64,000 bases of DNA from the human T2T-CHM13v2.0 reference genome, Homo sapiens. A model generated the notes under the pieces. It made no database searches, was not told the origin of the DNA, and worked only from the letters and a program-made list of their open reading frames with translations. Shown here piece by piece: positions 59,779 through 64,000 of this stretch (its first letter is position 1; each line of letters opens with the position of its first letter). The position numbers and the translations under genes were made by a program. The stretch lies in NCBI RefSeq assembly GCF_009914755.1, contig NC_060948.1. One strand, written 5' to 3'.

Positions 59779-59789
59779 AAGATGACATT

Positions 59790-59920
59790 CATCACCAGTG
59801 GCCAGTGGATTATTCAATTATGCCTATGTAATGGAGCCTCGATAAAAACCAACAAGACAGGATTCATAGAGCTTTTGCATAACTGAGCACATACAGTGTT
59901 CTAGAAAATTGTGTGCTCAT
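59790..59920 (+). mobile_element. MER21-like LTR fragment
   Basis: CAATTATGCCTATGTAATGGAGCCTCGATAAAAACC...AGAGCTT...AACTGAGCAC. Confidence 0.55.
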
Positions 59921-59991
59921 AAAAAGAGACACTGATAATTGTAAAGGTCATACAGAGTGTAGGGGTGTTTGTTTTGAAAGAAGTTTCTGCC

Positions 59992-59997
59992 TTTAAT
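59992..59997 (-). promoter_or_regulatory. Candidate polyadenylation signal (ATTAAA) for CDY2
   Basis: TTTAAT on + strand, ~230 nt downstream of the exon-2 stop, near the edge of non-repeat sequence. Confidence 0.5.
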
Positions 59998-60227
59998 AAT
60001 GTGTCCAGAATTTTAACTTATTAACTAGAACATACACTAAAGTAACCTAAATCTGCACATTCCACACATTAGAACCTGGATATTTCCACCAAAATGATTC
60101 CATAATTCACTAATGTGGTGTAACAAGTTTTACTTTAGAGCGATAAAGTTTTCTTTTGTTAACTGGGTAAGAACTAGACATTTATAAAGGAAAAGAAAAT
60201 CAAGCGATATCTCACCACCAATTCTAG

Positions 60228-60420
60228 TCATGTGTTCAGTTTAGGAGAATGATCGTCAGTGGATTTTGTGCCATAAGTATTTATGCTAAAAGATAAGTCT
60301 CTTATAATTGTGTGTCTCTGAAGTGTTTGTGCCACTATAAAGTCAAGGGCACCATCTCTGATCGTTCTGTGTCTTTCTGGGAGGGAAGCTAAGGCTGCTT
60401 TATATCCCAATAGAGGTATT
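60228..60420 (-). CDS. CDY2B: Putative alternative terminal coding exon of CDY2 (63-aa tail IPLLGYKAALASL...KLNT)
   Basis: Donor AA|GTATGT at 60855 and acceptor TTTTTTCTTACTTTTATATCCTAG| at 60421; the exon begins with the recalled CDY1 spliced-isoform peptide IPLLGYKAA. Confidence 0.5.
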
Positions 60421-60824
60421 CTAGGATATAAAAGTAAGAAAAAATCAACATTATTACAGGATTCTCTGTCATAAACATCTAATAAAACACAACTCTGGTC
60501 TTATATATAGTAGTAGCCATAGATACATATTAGAGCTTGCAAGAAGAGTCTAGTACCCAACAGTCTGTTTTTATATTTGGGCTTAGGTGTGCCTAAAATA
60601 ATCACATTTGGGCAAAGAGGCTGTTTTGTTACTCCTTGTAAAGCTACAGTGCTTAAAAATGATGTGATAATTTAAATACATAGCTTGGACATTTGCAGTT
60701 CTGTTTCCAAGCCTTAGCTATGGGTGAAATTGTTTTGGGCTATGAAGATGGATTAGGGCATCTTGCAACTCATGATGCATTTGTTGCCCCTTAGTTCTTG
60801 TGTCCTGAGCAGACAGACTGACAA

Positions 60825-62450
60825 TTAAAACTCATCAATTTTATTTTCAACATACTTTAACATGGATTCTATCCCTTGGGCTGAGCTCCAGATCTTCCTC
60901 AGCACCTCACACTCTCTCTCATTGGCCTGTTCCAACTCCAACTTAATATTACAGCGAACGAGGGCCTTACATTCTTCCAGTACAATTGCATTGTATGAGG
61001 CAAGCTCCTTAATTTGAATCATAACCTCTTGGGTGAAAGTTCCAGTCAAAAATACCTGAGAGACCAGGCCTTTGGCGCATGCCTCCCGTGCTGTCAGCTT
61101 TCGCCCAGCAATTAACATTTCATTGGCAGATGCTTTACCCATCATTTTGGGGAATGTAATAGAAGAACAGCCATCTGGACTCTGTCCAAAGGTCGTATAA
61201 GGGGTTTGGAACCAAGCCTTTTCATTAGCCCACACGAGATCACAAAGAGGCAGGATGGATGCACCTAGTCCAATGGCAGGGCCATTGACTGATACAACAA
61301 TAGGCTTTTTAAATTGAATAAAAGTATTCACAAAGTTCTTGATGGTGTCCACCATTTCAAGGCTTGCTGTGTTTCTGTCATTCCTTAAGTGCCTCACAAA
61401 GTACCCAAAATCAAGACCGCAGCAAAAGACACTTCCAGCTGCACTGAACAGCACGAGCTTGCTGTCATCTGCAGCAGCGCTATTCAGAGCATTAACCATT
61501 TCTTTAATTACTTCTGTATTCAGTGCATTTTTTTCTGTCGATCTAGTTGATAGCACTATCTGGGTGAATCCATCCTCTTTCTTCACTACAATGTCTCTGT
61601 ATGTGATGGCACTTTCTGTTAGCCTTATGGTGAAGTGCATCTTCTTGATAAAAGGCTGGCCTCTGCTGTCATCAGTAATATTTCTTTGCCCACCTTTCAC
61701 TCTTGGAACTGAGGTATGCATGTCTGTTGTCCCATTGGCTGCTAATGGGTCTATTAATACCACTATACCCTTTCGGGTAGCTGAACCTGTGGCCATAGAA
61801 GCAGTAACTGAGCCAGACATCTGCGACATTAGTGGGTGCATCTGAGTCTTGTTCTGTATTCCAGTCTGTTCTGCACCAGGATGTGACAAAGGGTCCCGGA
61901 GGAGTTTCCCTTCTGTCACCTTGAAGACCACCGTGTCCTGCTGATCTGCTGCAATAGGGTCCAGTTTCTCAAGTTTCTGAAAGCCACTCACAGTTTTCTT
62001 GTGGTCAAAGGGGCTGTCAGGTGCAAGGGTCTCAATAGTTGAATTTATTATCTCCATATTCTTTGTGTCGGAGAGAGTTGAAGCTGCCTTTCTCCTAACG
62101 TTCTTGCTGGCAGCAAATAACTTGCAGTTTTTGGACCTGTGGTGTTTATCAGTCACTGGAGTTTTAGGAGAGTTCTTAGAATAGTTTGCTTTTGTAGATC
62201 TGGAAGTTCTTCTTCTGGCATTGTTTGAAAAAATTCTACTGGTTGTAGTCCATGTCAGTTTTTTCTGTTTTTCAGTCTGTCGTCTATTAAAATCATGTAC
62301 ACATTTTTCACAGTTCATGAGGTGCTGCTCTGGTTCCCAAGTGTCATCCTGTTTGTCATAACCTTTCCACCGAACCAAATACTGTGTATTCCCATTTTTA
62401 TCCTGTCTTTTGTCAACAATAGCTTCAACCTCAAACTCCTGGGAAGCCAT
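60825..62450 (-). CDS. CDY2B: Testis-specific chromodomain protein Y 2 (541 aa; chromodomain plus crotonase-fold CoA-binding domain)
   Basis: Intronless [18 protein letters not shown]...YLVRWKGY...TWEPEQHL through VNGPAIGLG...[10 protein letters not shown]...[10 protein letters not shown]; ATG at 62450; 541 aa matches CDY2 (CDY1 unspliced is 540). CDY2A versus CDY2B is inferred from strand only. Confidence 0.96.
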   Translation of the reverse strand: MASQEFEVEAIVDKRQDKNGNTQYLVRWKGYDKQDDTWEPEQHLMNCEKCVHDFNRRQTEKQKKLTWTTTSRIFSNNARRRTSRSTKANYSKNSPKTPVTDKHHRSKNCKLFAASKNVRRKAASTLSDTKNMEIINSTIETLAPDSPFDHKKTVSGFQKLEKLDPIAADQQDTVVFKVTEGKLLRDPLSHPGAEQTGIQNKTQMHPLMSQMSGSVTASMATGSATRKGIVVLIDPLAANGTTDMHTSVPRVKGGQRNITDDSRGQPFIKKMHFTIRLTESAITYRDIVVKKEDGFTQIVLSTRSTEKNALNTEVIKEMVNALNSAAADDSKLVLFSAAGSVFCCGLDFGYFVRHLRNDRNTASLEMVDTIKNFVNTFIQFKKPIVVSVNGPAIGLGASILPLCDLVWANEKAWFQTPYTTFGQSPDGCSSITFPKMMGKASANEMLIAGRKLTAREACAKGLVSQVFLTGTFTQEVMIQIKELASYNAIVLEECKALVRCNIKLELEQANERECEVLRKIWSSAQGIESMLKYVENKIDEF

Positions 62451-62785
62451 GAGGAAAGACACGGGATTGGAACAGTTGCTGTGCCACCTTTGTTTCAGTT
62501 GCGTCTCCACATAGACACTTCTTTCTGCCTCCAGCTCTTCACCAGGTTCTGTGTATGGATGAACCTCTTCTATTTGGTCACCACTGGTGTAGTGAAAATT
62601 GTGCGAAATAGCAGCTATGCCATGTGCCTGAACCTCTCCACACTTACTGCCTGGTGGGACAGCTTGGGCTTTGTCTCATGGTGCATGACAGCTTGCTCAG
62701 TAGCCTCAGGTGAGAGTAGCTAAATCCACAGCCCCAACCCTCTGGTGTAGTACAGAAAGCTTTCTTCCTGCCTGTTACTCTTTTG
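62451..62785 (-). promoter_or_regulatory. Probable CDY2 5' leader with four upstream ATGs
   Basis: ATGs at 62686, 62679, 62623 and 62512, all terminating before the main ATG; 5' boundary inferred from the start of L1M sequence. Confidence 0.55.
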
Positions 62786-62789
62786 TGTT

Positions 62790-64000
62790 TCTTTGTTTAA
62801 TTGTGGTTGCTATGACGATTATATGGAACATTCTAATGTTATAACATTTTTAAAGTTACACTAGCTTACCTTCAGTAACATACAAAGCCTTTACTCCTGT
62901 ATAATGTACCTCCATTATTTCACTTACTGAGTTCTCAAAATTATACCTTTATTGATTTTATGTCAAAAACACAAATTAGTGGTAGTTTTTTTATTAAATA
63001 TATTTGTGTTTTAAGTTGTGTGGAGAACAAATTGTGGAGGTGCACATTGTTAATTGTTCGTTTTGTTTTGTTTTGTTTTGTTCTGTTTTGTTTTGTTTTG
63101 AGATGGAGTCTCGCCCTGTCAACGAGGCTGGAGTGCAGTGGTGCGATCTTGGCTCACTACAAGCTCCGCCTCCCGGATTCACGCCATTCTCCTGTCTCAG
63201 CCTCCCGAGTAGCTGAGACTACAGGCACCTGCCACCTGGCCCGGCGAATTTTTTTTTGTATTTTTAGTAGAGACGGGGTTTCACCGTGTTAGCCAGGAGT
63301 GTCTCGATCTCCTGACCTCGTGATCCACGCACCTCAGCCTCCCAAAATGCTGGGATTACAGGCGTGAGCCACTGCGCCCGGCCAAATTTTTTATCTTACA
63401 TATTTGTTCATGTATTTATCTTTACCTTAATCTTTGCTTGTTCATACTGCTTTTGAGTGTCTGTCCATTCTACCCTGAAGTACTCCATAAGACATTTCTT
63501 AAAGGGTAGTCTACTTGTAAAAGGTGCCAGTTTGTATATGGGAATGTCATAATTTGTCCCTCACCTTTGATGGACAGTTTGGTGGATCATAATGTTTAGG
63601 CTTGACAGTTTTTTCTGACATCACTTGCAATATATTAGGCTACTGCTTTCCATCGTTTTAGTTTTCAGATAAGAAATCTACTGCTTTTCAGTGGTTATTC
63701 AGATAAGCGATCCACTGGTTATTTTTAGGGTCCCTTTTACATGACTAGCTACTTCCCCTGCTTCCCTTGAAAATCCTCAAGATTCTCTTTGTATTTATTT
63801 TAGACAGTTTAATTATCAGGTAAGTTTGAGTTTGTTTCTTTGAGTTTTTGTTACTTGGAGTCTGTTGAGCTCCTTGGGTGCTTACTTATTGTCTTAAATT
63901 GTTGCATTCTTTATGACTATGTTGTTAAATAGTATCCATGATTTTTTGTCTCTTCCTTGGAACTTCCAAAATGCGTATGTATGGCTGCTTGATGGTGTCC
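62790..64000 (-). mobile_element. Old L1M fragment interrupted by an AluY
   Basis: Antisense L1M motifs (TTTGATGGACAGTTTGGTGGATCATAA...TTGACAGTTTTTTCT...GATAAGAAATCTACTG). Confidence 0.6.
63058..63383 (-). mobile_element. AluY with (TTTTG)n tail
   Basis: CAAGCTCCGCCTCCCGG...TTCACGCCATTCTCC...GTGTTAGCCAGG diagnostics. Confidence 0.9.

Noticed and set aside
61339-62184. Plus-strand ORFs of 168 and 61 aa
   Set aside because: Antisense shadows of the CDY2 CDS.
62451-62510. 20-aa N-terminal extension in the 561-aa ORF call
   Set aside because: Starts at GTG; the known protein starts MASQEF at 62450.

Overview
Human Y-chromosome ampliconic DNA, most consistent with an arm of palindrome P5 (AZFb). 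The only intact protein-coding gene is CDY2 (541 aa, - strand, 60825-62450), a CDYL-derived retrogene; CDY2A and CDY2B cannot be separated from sequence alone, though - orientation fits CDY2B in the reference as I recall it. The 5' 8 kb holds five decayed exons of an unprocessed OFD1 pseudogene. The rest is repeat-derived: a rearranged L1PA7/8-like element, a degenerate minisatellite, a ~3.2 kb degenerate TTAGGG array, a truncated HML-6 (LTR3) provirus, nested class I ERVs, a MER11 solo LTR, a 5'-inverted L1HS-Ta and about 17 Alus. Best leads: (1) an intact CDY1-type intron at the CDY2 3' end whose second exon is shifted by 5 bp, predicting a 595-aa isoform; (2) a diverged ~0.9 kb-arm inverted repeat around a GAA tract; (3) an unidentified 213-bp exon relic; (4) the telomere-like array with a CpG-decay signature; (5) two very young insertions. 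I found no new multi-gene system. Gene, exon-number and subfamily assignments come from recalled sequences, not searches, and repeat boundaries are approximate unless TSDs are given.
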